Both the position numbers and the translations under genes were made by a program. Below the pieces are notes generated by a model that was not told the origin of the DNA, ran no database searches, and saw nothing but the letters and a program-made list of their open reading frames with translations. Positions 46,236-56,843 of a stretch of DNA of 64,000 bases are shown here, one piece after another; positions within the stretch are counted from its first letter, which is position 1, and every line of letters begins with the position of its first letter. The stretch comes from Rebecca billardiae RCC1528 (lineage: Eukaryota > Protista > Haptophyta): positions 3,224,001 to 3,288,000 of the forward strand of contig OZ251227.1 of assembly GCA_965240325.2 (NCBI GenBank), read 5' to 3'.

Positions 46236-46599
46236 TCAGCCAGCCCCACGCCCACGGCCACCAATGCCGACAGTGCCGCTGCCTGACTGGCAGCACTGTG
46301 AATAAGATGTGATGCCACTGACGGGCTTGATATTACTTCGTCGGTGGCCAGGCCGGGTCTGCTCGTCTCGGCCGGGCGCGAAGGCAGGTCGTGGTTGCCG
46401 CCGCCGCGTACAGCCTAAGCCTACTACGACGCGTGCTGACAGTCTATTGTACCAAGGGCGGTTGATTGTACTGTCGTAGCTGCTACAATCTGAGTCTGAG
46501 GACGCAGCAACAGTATGAGTATTCATCGCGTTTCAGGCTGCTGAGGGTACAGCGGCGGCGGCGGTCCCGGTTGCGGCGCGTGTCGGTCGGCGAGCTGCG

Positions 46600-48513
46600 A
46601 TGCCCTTCGTCATCAGGCCGTCGCCGATGCGCCGCCCGCTCGCGGCCGGCGCGGCGGGCGCGCGCCGGCTGGCGTCGTCGCTCTCGGGCGCGCCGGTCTC
46701 GCGGCGGTACCCCGTGCTGCGCATCAACGAGTACGGCCACGACCTCGTGCGCGACCCGCTCTTCAACAAGGGCACGGCGTTCAAGATGTCAGAGCGCGAC
46801 CGGCTCGGCATCCGCGGGCTGCTGCCGCCCAAGGTGCTCACGATGGAGGCGCAGCTGGACAAGGAGCTGGCGAACATCCGGAAGCTGAACGACCCGCTCA
46901 TGAAGAACCTCGCGATGCAGGACCTGCAGGACCGCAACGAGACGCTCTTCCACCGGCTGCTCGTGGACAACATCAACGAGCTCGCGCCGATCGTGTACAC
47001 GCCGACGGTCGGCAAGGTGTGCCAGCACTTCGGGGACAACTTCCGGCGGGGGCGTGGGATGTACTTCTCGTCCAAGGACAAGGGCGAGATGTCCGCGATG
47101 ATCAACAACTGGCACGCCAAGGACATCCAGATCGTCGTCGTCACCGACGGCTCGCGCATCCTTGGGCTCGGTGACCTCGGCGCGAACGGCATGGGCATCC
47201 CGATCGGCAAGCTGGCGCTGTACTGCGCGTGCGGCGGGATCGCGCCGCACCGCGTGCTGCCGGTCACCCTCGACTTCGGCACGGACAACCTCGACCTGCT
47301 CAACCACCCGCACTACCTCGGCGTGCAGCACCGCCGGCTGCAGGGTGCGGACTACGCAGAGCTGCTGCAGGAGTTCATGGACGCGATCCAGCAGCGGTAC
47401 CCGAAGGCGCTGATCCAGTTCGAGGACTTCTCGAGCGACAAGGCGGCGGATATCCTCGAGATGTACCGCCACGACTACCTCTGCTTCAACGACGACGTGC
47501 AGGGCACCGGCGCCGCCGTGCTCGCCGGCATTCTGGGAGCGCTCCGCTTGCAGGGGCTCCAGCCAGCGGACCTCGCGAAGCAGCGGGTGCTGATGTGCGG
47601 CGCGGGCTCGGCGGGGCTGGGGATCATCAAGCAGCTGCTCGACGCGTACGAGGTGCAGGGCGTCCCGCGCGAGGAGGCCGCCAAGAGCCTCTTCCTCGTC
47701 GACTACACCGGCGTCGTCGGCAAGGGCGGCAGCGGCGACCCGGTGCGCGACGCAGTCGCCGACGGCAAAGACTCCCTGGATGGTCTCCAGCTCTCCGCGG
47801 CGATCGACGCGGTGAAGCCGCACCTGATCATCGGGTGCACGGGGAAGGGCGGGCTGTTCACGGAGGAGATCGTGCGCAAGATGGGCGCCGCGCACGAGCG
47901 CCCCGCCATCTTCGCCCTCTCCAATCCGACCGCCAACGCCGAGTGCACCGCGGAGGAAGCTTACACTTGGACCGACGGCCGCGCCATCTTCGCGGCCGGC
48001 TCGCCGATGGACGACGTGACGCTCAAGGGCAAGCGGCTCGTGCCGTCACAGTGCAACAACATGTACATCTTCCCGGGCGTCGGGCTCGGCGCCTCGATCT
48101 CGGGCTCCAAGCGCGTGAGCGACGCCATGTTCGTCAAGGCCGCCGAGGCTGTCGCTGACTGCCTGACCGAGGCGGTGCGCGCGAACAAGCGCGCGCGCGA
48201 AAAAAGCGCGCGCGAAAGAAGCGCGCGGACTGCTCGCGTGCGCCGGCGCCCATGCGTGCGCACCGGGCCTCCCCTTCGCGCGCGCCGGCGCCGCCCGCGC
48301 GTGCAGGACCTCGCCGAAGGGCGCGTCTTCCCGCAGCTCCCCGGCATCCGTGATGTGTCGATGGCGGTCGCCACGGCCGTGTACCAGACGGCGCTCGACG
48401 AGCAGATCGCCACCATCTACCCGAAGGAGCGCGAGACCGTCGTGGAGTACGTGGCGCGCCGGTTCTACGACCCGACGTACGTGCCGCTCGTCCGCGCGGC
48501 GGACGGCAGCTAG
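46600..48513 (+). CDS. NAD(P)-dependent malic enzyme, probably organelle-targeted (in-frame intron 48175-48306)
   Basis: NKGTAF, IVYTPTVG, VTDGSRILGLGDLG, IQFEDF, FNDDVQGTG, GAGSAG, LSNPT, QCNNMYIFPG; Arg/Ala/Ser-rich presequence. Confidence 0.96.
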   Translation: MPFVIRPSPMRRPLAAGAAGARRLASSLSGAPVSRRYPVLRINEYGHDLVRDPLFNKGTAFKMSERDRLGIRGLLPPKVLTMEAQLDKELANIRKLNDPLMKNLAMQDLQDRNETLFHRLLVDNINELAPIVYTPTVGKVCQHFGDNFRRGRGMYFSSKDKGEMSAMINNWHAKDIQIVVVTDGSRILGLGDLGANGMGIPIGKLALYCACGGIAPHRVLPVTLDFGTDNLDLLNHPHYLGVQHRRLQGADYAELLQEFMDAIQQRYPKALIQFEDFSSDKAADILEMYRHDYLCFNDDVQGTGAAVLAGILGALRLQGLQPADLAKQRVLMCGAGSAGLGIIKQLLDAYEVQGVPREEAAKSLFLVDYTGVVGKGGSGDPVRDAVADGKDSLDGLQLSAAIDAVKPHLIIGCTGKGGLFTEEIVRKMGAAHERPAIFALSNPTANAECTAEEAYTWTDGRAIFAAGSPMDDVTLKGKRLVPSQCNNMYIFPGVGLGASISGSKRVSDAMFVKAAEAVADCLTEAVRANKRAREKSARERSARTARVRRRPCVRTGPPLRARRRRPRVQDLAEGRVFPQLPGIRDVSMAVATAVYQTALDEQIATIYPKERETVVEYVARRFYDPTYVPLVRAADGS

Positions 48514-49189
48514 CGCGGCACGAGCACGTCGCGCGGGCTCCCATGCCGGCGCGCCGGCCGCCGCGCTGCGCCCGCGCGCCGCTGCCGAGGCAGCACAGTC
48601 GATCCGGCTCCGGACGGACCTTTCCCGGAACTTTCCCGTCCCGCGCGGACCATCCGCCCAATCACACGAGCCTCGAGCCTCGAGCCGCATGCGCTGACCC
48701 CCTCGACGACCCATGATGCAGCACCCTCTACGAGTCAGCGGCGCGGGGCTCCGACTACTGTCACTGACGACGACACTACGACTGCATCATACTGTCTACC
48801 AGACAACCAGTTCACGAGTTGGCGCCGCCGCGACCAGTTAGCGGGCAGTGCAGCCCGAAGGCGAGAGCTGCTACCATAAGGCCGCGCCTGAGCCCCGAGA
48901 CTGATGATGTCCGGTCGATCCGGACCGTGATGATCATCACCGACGACCGACGAAATATAATAATAATACTGCTCGTCTAACAATAAATATTCGCGGAGTC
49001 GCCGTACGCTCGTAGTACGTACCGTAGTGACGACGACTCGTCTGTCACTGTCACTCGACCGTCGCCGTCAGCCGTCAGCACTGGCGACACTATTATAACG
49101 ACGACGACGCGTAGTTATTATTATTATAGTCACGACCAGTATTATAACTCATCACTATAGGACTAACTGCTATTACGACAGCAGGTGAA

Positions 49190-49317
49190 AGGATGAAGGA
49201 GGGTTGATGCACCACCACTGCTGCACCACTCCGAATACAGATGAAAGGAGGGGTGCACGCCACCACTCCGTGCTGCACCACTCCGAACGTACTGCAGATG
49301 AAAGGAGGGGTGCACGA
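49190..49317. repeat. Three imperfect tandem units GATGAA(A)GGAGGGGTGCACG..CACCACTCCG
   Basis: The motif recurs near 49192, 49240 and 49297. Confidence 0.75.
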
Positions 49318-49965
49318 CTTACTTTTACTGATATGTACCGGTCCGTATTCATTACTTACATCAACAAAACTTGCGATGCGGTACCACCCGGTCGGTATCC
49401 TCACTTCGCACGGAAAACCGTTGGCACCAATTGGGATCTGACTAAACTGTATTCCGTGGGATACTTATTGGAAGGCCCACAATCTTGTAGGAATCACCGG
49501 ACTACGCGTGTCCTACCGGAAAACTCGCTCCGCTCGCATTGGTTGTTCTTACCGAACACCAAATGCGAGCGGGGCTCGCGATTATTGGTGGTCGGGCGGC
49601 AAATCCGGCCTTGAAGAATATAAGCTATCTATACCAAAGACGGCCGAACTTTACGCCGAGACGCCGCCCGTCTTTGCGCACGGTGACAAGCACGGCGCGC
49701 GCGAGGGGCGCTTCCTCGTGATCCCGAAGAGCTCTATGCGCGGCGTCGCGTTGGCGCCCCCTGATGGGCGCCGGCGGGCGGCGCCGCGCGCCGCGCGCCC
49801 TTCAGGCTTCCGATCTCGGCTTCAGCTAACTGATATACTACCGCCGCCGCATCCGGCCGCTGCTACAGTTCTCAATCGCTTTCCACGCGCAGGGCTATTC
49901 GTATATCAGGCCGGCATAGGTTCTTGGATGCTTGTACGCGCCGCTGCGCTCGGGCGTCGCGAGAA

Positions 49966-50964
49966 TCACGCACGGTCGAGCCCGAGCCAAAAGCGCGCCT
50001 CCGACGACACCGCAGCGGCCGCGCTCGGCACTGCGGCGCCGACGCAGAAGATCGACTTCTCCAGCGCCGCATAGAGGTCGTCGTCGTCGTCAGCATCGTC
50101 GCTCTCCATCGGCGGGGGGGCACCGTGCGACTGGGCCGTGCGCGCCGTCGCGAGCTCACCGAAGAAGAGGGGCGGGCCGTCGCAGAGCAGCAGGGCCGCG
50201 TCCACTGACGCGTCCGCGGCCTCCGCGCAGGGGCCAGTGTGCGCGAGAGGACCGGCGTCGGGCACCTCGACGATGGAGGAGGTGGTGGCCGAAGGAGCGC
50301 TCGTGGTGGAGGCCGACGAGGCGGCCGCCCGCTTCGGCGGCATCGCGTGCGACGTGCGGCGGCAGTGGCGCACGAGCGTCTCGCGCGAGCCGAGCTTGGC
50401 GCCGCACGTCTCGCACGGGTACACGACGCCGCACGACTTGAGGTGCGTGGTGAGGTCCTCGCGCATGGCGTACGCCTTGTCGTCGCAGCGCGTGCAGCGG
50501 TGGCGCTTGATGCCCGTGTAGTGTTTGCGCATGTAGTGCTTCTTCGTCTGGTACTTGCTCGGGCACTTTTTCGCGCAGACGGGGCAGTCCACCGGCTCGT
50601 CCCAGCGCGCGTCAGATATGCCCTCGAACTGCTCAAACTCGACCGGCGCGAGCTGGCCGACGGCGTGGTGGGGCACGGGCTCGAGGAGGGGCACGTCGAT
50701 CGGCGCCGGCGCCCGGAAGCGCGCGGACGGCGGCGAGGGCACGGGCGTCGGGGGCTGGGTGGAGAAGGTACCCATCCGCGGGGCCGCCGCGGCGGGCGCA
50801 AAGAAGAGCGCCGCCTGTGGCGGTGCCGAGGAAGGCGCGCCCACGATGAGGCCGCCGCGCGGGACGTGGCCGAGGGCGAGGGTGGCGTGGTAGTATGCTG
50901 CGGCCTGGAGCGCTGCGTGCGCACGCCGGGCCTCCTGCTCGAGGATGTGGAGCGTGAGGCTCAT
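49966..50964 (-). CDS. C2H2/C2HC zinc-finger protein, ATMIN/STOP1-like finger array
   Basis: CPVC..HYMRKH, CTRC..DLTTHLKSCG, CETCG..LVRHCRRTSH; acidic C-terminus. Confidence 0.85.
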   Translation of the reverse strand: MSLTLHILEQEARRAHAALQAAAYYHATLALGHVPRGGLIVGAPSSAPPQAALFFAPAAAAPRMGTFSTQPPTPVPSPPSARFRAPAPIDVPLLEPVPHHAVGQLAPVEFEQFEGISDARWDEPVDCPVCAKKCPSKYQTKKHYMRKHYTGIKRHRCTRCDDKAYAMREDLTTHLKSCGVVYPCETCGAKLGSRETLVRHCRRTSHAMPPKRAAASSASTTSAPSATTSSIVEVPDAGPLAHTGPCAEAADASVDAALLLCDGPPLFFGELATARTAQSHGAPPPMESDDADDDDDLYAALEKSIFCVGAAVPSAAAAVSSEARFWLGLDRA

Positions 50965-51561
50965 CGTGACGGGTCGGAGTCGTCGTCGCTCTGAGTCTGC
51001 GGAAGAAGCCGAGCCGGGAGCGGGTACGATGAACGCGTTGTGTGCAGCTATTTGCTTGTGTGTGCGGGCGTGAATCGTCGGAATCATCGCACCTTTCAAC
51101 TTGTTTATGCATACCCCGTTTGTAAATATTCCACTTCCGCCGCGGTACAGTTTACCTGTGTCGTTGAATCATAGAATGGATTTACCCTTATCAATGTGGC
51201 CAACGTGGGTCGGCGGCGGTGAAAATGTGAGAAAAGTGAAAAACCCTGCACACTTTTCCACTACAGCAAGCAAAGAAGATACCCAATAACCTGGAAGATA
51301 CCATTACATACAGCGATTATTGGTGCTATCAAAGACCCACAATTCGTACAAGGCCCAAAATCATCAAACTTCTTGAGATACAATCTCCGCAGATCCTGAC
51401 CGAGGAGCGGTGATCTCAGTATGGGGGTAGTCGTGATCGATATCGTCGTAGTGTCGTCCAGTGGCGGCTGGCGGGCTGGCTCTCAGCTTTAAGATCAGAC
51501 TACCGAGCGCTTGACGCCCAGCCATGCAGCTCCGATGGACGGCACGTCAGTCGGCGGTCAG

Positions 51562-54500
51562 TCAGTCGTCAGCGTCGATGCGCTCGTCGTGCGAGACGTG
51601 CGAGTACATGTGCGCACCGAGCAGCTCGACGGGCGCGAGCTCGCTGTGCTCGGGCAGCGCCGCCGGCTGCTTGCCCGCACTGCCGCGGTGCTGATGCGGC
51701 GGCGGCGCGCTCAGGCTCAGCTCCGGGGCGGAGCCGTTCAGCCGCGCGCGCGGCGCGCCGTCCGGCGCGTCCGGCACGGCCGCCGAGGGCAGGCTGCCGG
51801 CGCGCACGGGCGCGGGGCTGCCGTCGTCGCGAGGCGGCGTCGCGCTCGCGGTGGTGGTGGCCGAGCGCGACGAGCAGACGCACGAGGCGGAGCCGCGGGG
51901 CGAGCGCGCGCCAACCGCCGCCTCCGCCGCGGCGGGGCGCTCCACACTCCGCCGCCTCGGCGGCGGGCTCGGCGCCGGCCCGGGCGAGCCGCGCCGCCCG
52001 CCCAGGGGCGGTGAGCCGGAGTTGTGCCGCGTGGGCGTGCCGGAGCCGTGGCGCGAGACCGCGCTGAGCGCCGTGCTGCCCGTGCCCACGCGGCTGAGCA
52101 CCGAGACCGCGGAGGAGCGGCGCGAGGCGGGCTCGGAGCCCGACTCGGTGACGGCCGCGGACGCGCGTCGCGACGAGGCGCCGGAGGGCCGCGGGGAGCG
52201 GCGCATCGAGGTGATGCGGCCGAGCGCGGGCGCGACGAGCGCGCCGAGCTGCTCCTCGTCGAGCCCCGCCGCCGCGAGCTGCCGGCTCGCGCGCTCGGCA
52301 CGCTCCGCCCGCTCCGCCGCGCGCGCCGCCGCCGCCACCTGCATCTCACGCACGTCCGTGAGAACCGACCGCAGCCGCGCGCTGAAGCCCTCGAGTGAGC
52401 CAAACCCGGCCTCGATCACGCCGAGCAGCCGCTCCTCGTCGCACGCGATGCTTGCGTGCGCCTGCCGCACGTCGAAGGCGGCGATGTCCACCTTCGCCGG
52501 CGGGCGCGGGCTGCCGCCCTGCGCGCCGCCGCGCTCGGCGCCGCCGCTGCGCTGCAGTCCGCTCACCAGCCCAGCTGTGAGCCCTGAGCGCGCGCGGCGT
52601 GGCGAGACGGGCGGCGTGCCTTGATGCGCCGCGGGGTGGGCGGAGGCGGCGGCGCCGGCGGGCGCGCCGGGCCCGACGCTGCCGTGGCTGCTGCCCAGGC
52701 TGAGGCTGCTCGCGCTCGGCTGTAGAACGCGGATCCCAATCCCGGCGCACGGCCGCACGACCAAACGACCGATCGCGCCGGCGGCACGGCTCTCGGTGCG
52801 CGCGGCCGGCCGCGCGAGCCTGCCGCCCGGGCTGAGGTCGGCGCGGCTGCTACCGCCGGCGGCGGCGGCGTCTCGCTTGCGCGCGGACGAGCCGCCGCCG
52901 CCGCGCCCGCCGCTGCCGCTGCTGCCAAAGCTCGCCCCGCCAGCACCGGACTCTGCGCCGCCGTGCGCGCCGCCGGCGCCGTGCGCGCCGCCGCCGGCCG
53001 CCGCCTTCCCCGCGGCCGAGCCGCCGCCGCCGCTGCTCAGGTGTCCGCCGTGCGGCAGCGGCGCCGGCGTCGGCTGGTGCCGACTCGGCGGCTCGTCGTC
53101 GGGCACCGACACCTCCGCCGGAACAATCGCCGCCGGGATGTGCGCCGCCATAGCCGCAGGCCCGGTCGCCGAAGCCGCCGGCGCGCTCGCCGCCGCCGCC
53201 GAGCGCAACGTCTCCGCGGCGTGCGCGTGCGCCGCCGCCGCGGCAGCCTCCGTCGGCGCCGCCGCGTACTCGGGCGGCGTGGCGCTCCCGCCCGCACCGC
53301 CCGCGCTCCCGCCACCGCCGCTCGCGCTCGCGCGCGCGCTCGACGTCGCCGAGCCGCCGCCGGACGCGCCGCCGCCGCCGCCCGGCGGCGGCAGCAACGC
53401 CGCCGCGGCCGCGTCGTGGCCCTCCTGACCCAGCAGGTGGAGGTCAATATGGCGGACGTCGCCGCCCATCTCGATGAAGGCGAAGAGCTCGATCACGCAC
53501 CTGCGCGCAGGCGGCGCACGCGCGCGCGCGTCGGTGCGCGTCGACGCGCGCGAGCACGCTGGCTGGCGCAAGCGGCGCGCCGGGCGCGGCCGCGGCCGCG
53601 GCGGCGGACGCGCCGGGCGCGGCGGCGGCCGAGGCGGCGGCTTCGCACCAGAGGCGAGTGAGATAGGTCGGGCCAGCGAGCGCGACGAGCCGGTGGCACG
53701 CGCCCAGGAAGTAGGGGAGGCACGTCAGGTTGATGTCGAGGTCAGCCTGGTCAATACAATACTTGTCTGCGCGAATTGTTTTTGATTCATCATCGCGAAG
53801 AATTCGAGTCGGGCGGCGCGCCGGGCGCCGCGGGCGGGCGCGGAGGGCGGTGCGGGCATGGCACGCGCGCGCGGGGGAAGGCGGCGAGCGTCAGCGCACG
53901 CTCGCGCGCCGTCGGTCGGCATCGTCGCCACCACGCCCTCGTGGGGCGCGGCTGGCGGTCGGGCGCCATGCGTGTGGGTGTGCCGCCCGGTGCGTTGTGC
54001 GCTGCCCCCACCGCGCCGCGTGCCCCCGCCGCGCCGCGCCGCGGCGCGCGGGCGGCGCGCGGGCGGCGCCGGCCGCGTCGTCGCGTCGCGTCGCGGAGCG
54101 GGCGGGCGGTGCGGTGCGGTGGTGTGCGGCGTGGTGGTGGTGTGGTGCGGTGCCGTGTGGTGTGCGGGCGGGCACGCCGCTGTGGTGGTGTGCCGCGTGG
54201 GCCGCGCACCGATCCAAAGCAACGCCGACCGACCGTGCACTCGGCGAAACGCGGCCGCCCAGCGCGTCAAGGCTTCGTACTTTTGGTCGGGGTCGTCGTG
54301 CCAGGAGTGGCTGCGCCGCGCGCGCGCGCACCCGCACACACCGCGCGCGCGAAGGGTGCGCACGATGAGAAGAAGCGTGCGTGAGTCCAGGGGCACGAAC
54401 CAACCAAGCAGGCAGGCGCGCGGCGCGCGCGCGCGGCCATAACCCTAACCCTAACCCTAGCGCGCGGCCAAAAGGGGCGGCGCGGGTCGAGTGTGCCGCC

Positions 54501-55777
54501 GTGCGGGCGCGCACCTGACAAACGCCTGCTCGGCGCGCCGGCGCGCGTGTCGCAGAGCGCGGCACGTGGGCAATGGTGGCGGGCGGGCGGCGCGGCGCGG
54601 TCAGCGGAGAGCGTGCGCGCGAAAGCGAAAACGCGCGCGCGCGCTCGCAGCCACTCAGAGCTTTCCCCCGCTGGCGGCGCGAGGAGCGCGGGGGCGCGGC
54701 GCGCACGTCCACGTCGCCGATGGCCGCGGGCTGCGTGAGCGCGAAGAGCGAGCGGTCCGGCTTGTTGTCGCGCAGGTGCGCCAGCGCGACGAACTCGGCG
54801 GAGACGCAGCGAAAGCGCGGGACCGCCAGTGCCTCGATTTGCGCGACGCCGCGGCCGCCGATCAACTCAGCAACGCCAGCGGCGGCGGAGAGTCGCTCGC
54901 CGCGCCTGGCGAGCCAGGCCATCACGGCGCGGCGGTGCGCGGGCTGCAGCGTGCGCACACCCAGCGCGAGGAGCACGCCGAAGAGCGCCGCGCGCACCGC
55001 GTCCGCCGCCGTCGGCACGCCGCCGCACAGGGCCGCAATCGGCGGCACCACATTCAGCGCCCCAAACCCGACCATAACCCAACCGACGGAGCGCCAGAGG
55101 GCGGCGAGCGGCGCGGCGTGGACGCGCGCGGCGCGCGCGAGGAAGAGCGCCGCGGAGAAGTTGCACGCCACCTTGAGGCCCTCGCACGCCGCCTCCACCG
55201 CCATCAGCCAGCACGGCACCGCCAGACTGTGGTGGTGGGCAAGGACGGTGAGCGTCGCGTGCGCGCGCGCGCCCGCGCGCGCACACGCGAGCGAGGCGGC
55301 GGTGTACGGCAGCAGGAAGGAGATGAAGCCGAAGAGGCCGAAGCCCAGGTTCACCGGGATCAGCGCGATCATCACGCCGCGCGCCAGCTGCACGTTCGAC
55401 GGCAGCAGCGAGTGCAGGACAGCCAGCACGCCGACCGGCGCAAGCAGCGAGCAGCCGAGCAGCGCGGCGAGCCGGTCGAGTCCGGAGAGTCCGGTGAGCG
55501 GCGAGAGGGTGACGGCGAGGGCGATGGCCGAGGCGAAGAGCGAGACCACGCCGAACGCGCGCATCGGCCACTGCACCGCCAGCGAGAAGGTGCGCCCGCT
55601 CGCCCTCGCCATGTCGAGCCGCGAGCGCAGCGCCGCCGCGTCGGACGGCGTGCGCGGCCGGCGGGTGGGCGAGCTGAAGGAGGAGCGGCTGCCTTCTCTC
55701 GTGCTGCCCTTCGTCTCGGGCGCCACCCGCGCGCGGCTGGGCCGCGCGGAGTGCGCGCCGTGCGGCCCCGCCTCCAT
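51562..55777 (-). CDS. Multi-pass membrane protein with cytoplasmic TIR-like domain (exons 55777-54707, 54525-54515, 54310-54210, 53766-53649, 53500-51562)
   Basis: About 6-7 hydrophobic helices, then spliced DVDAFVSHSWHDD...LWIDKYCIDQ...LPYFLGACHRLVALAGPTYLTRLWCVIELF; all four introns are GT-AG and phase-consistent. Confidence 0.85.
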
Positions 55778-56364
55778 CGCGGTACCCGGCTGGCCCTTTT
55801 GCCACCCCCCGCGCGCGCCTGCCAAACACAATTGCGCCACGGCAGGCCGTTACTTAGACCAGCGGATGATTAAAGTATGATGAATAGGCGGCGGGTAGTT
55901 TGTGGGGGTACCGTACCATGATATGTATGTATTGGCGGTAATACGTTTGCGCAGCGGTTTGGGGGCCGGCAAAGGCTCGGAGGAGTTTGCACACAGCACG
56001 ACTCTGCACTTCGGCCAGGCGTCGAAGCAGCGAATATTCGAGCTGGAGAGCAGATCCCTGATCCCTGATCCCTGTTTGTGCATCAAACATGCACGCGGAG
56101 GCAGGCGAGATTGACGCCCGCTTTGTTACGACGCTCGTGGCGGCGGCTGGCGCTGCGGCGTCGTCCAGGGTGCGCTTCGTCCGCTGCTGCGGCAGCTCCT
56201 CGTCGTCCAAGTCGTCGCCCGGGGACGAGTCTCGGTCCTCGTGGAGCGGGGCAGCAGGGACGGGCGTGGGTGCAGCGGTCGGCGCCAGGCACGCCGCCTT
56301 GCGCGCCTGGCGTTCCTTGACGGCGCGGCTCGTCGAGGAGCGACGGCTCGAGCTATGCTTTTAA

Positions 56365-56431
56365 TTAACGTGCACACTTGGTTAAGGCGTGACTGACGCC
56401 ATCCAACGCACTGCACAAAGACACCGCCACA
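56365..56431 (-). repeat. Third copy of the ~65-nt TTAA-bounded motif
   Basis: TTAA|CGTGCACACTTGGTTAAGGCGTGACTGACGCCATCCAACGCACTGCACAAAGACACCGCCACA is the reverse complement of 5637-5702 with few differences. Confidence 0.85.
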
Positions 56432-56843
56432 AAACAGACCGGCGCAGGCAGGTGACGGGGGCGCGTTGCCTGCGCACCTAATGAGACATCGAGGCAGCCA
56501 TAACGGAACCGGGCCGGCCCCGCGCTCGCTCGGAGGCACGCGCTCGAGAGCGCGCTCTGACACCACATGGGCGGAGTGGTTGGAGAGTGCTGTACCTATA
56601 GATGTTGTATCCCAGCCACCTCGGCGAGAGTCGGACATATTTGCCGATCGCTGTTTCGGACGACGGCGCCGACGCTACGGCGCCCGCGGGAACCGGGGCC
56701 ACGGTCTCAGTCTGCCCCCGCACCGGCTCGTCATTGGCGCCGAGTGGGCCTGGGGCGCATACGTAGTACGGGCACACAGCTCTTGCCTGCTTGCTAATCA
56801 TTGTCCGTGCAGCCCATCTGATTGCACACGTACGGGCTGCCCA

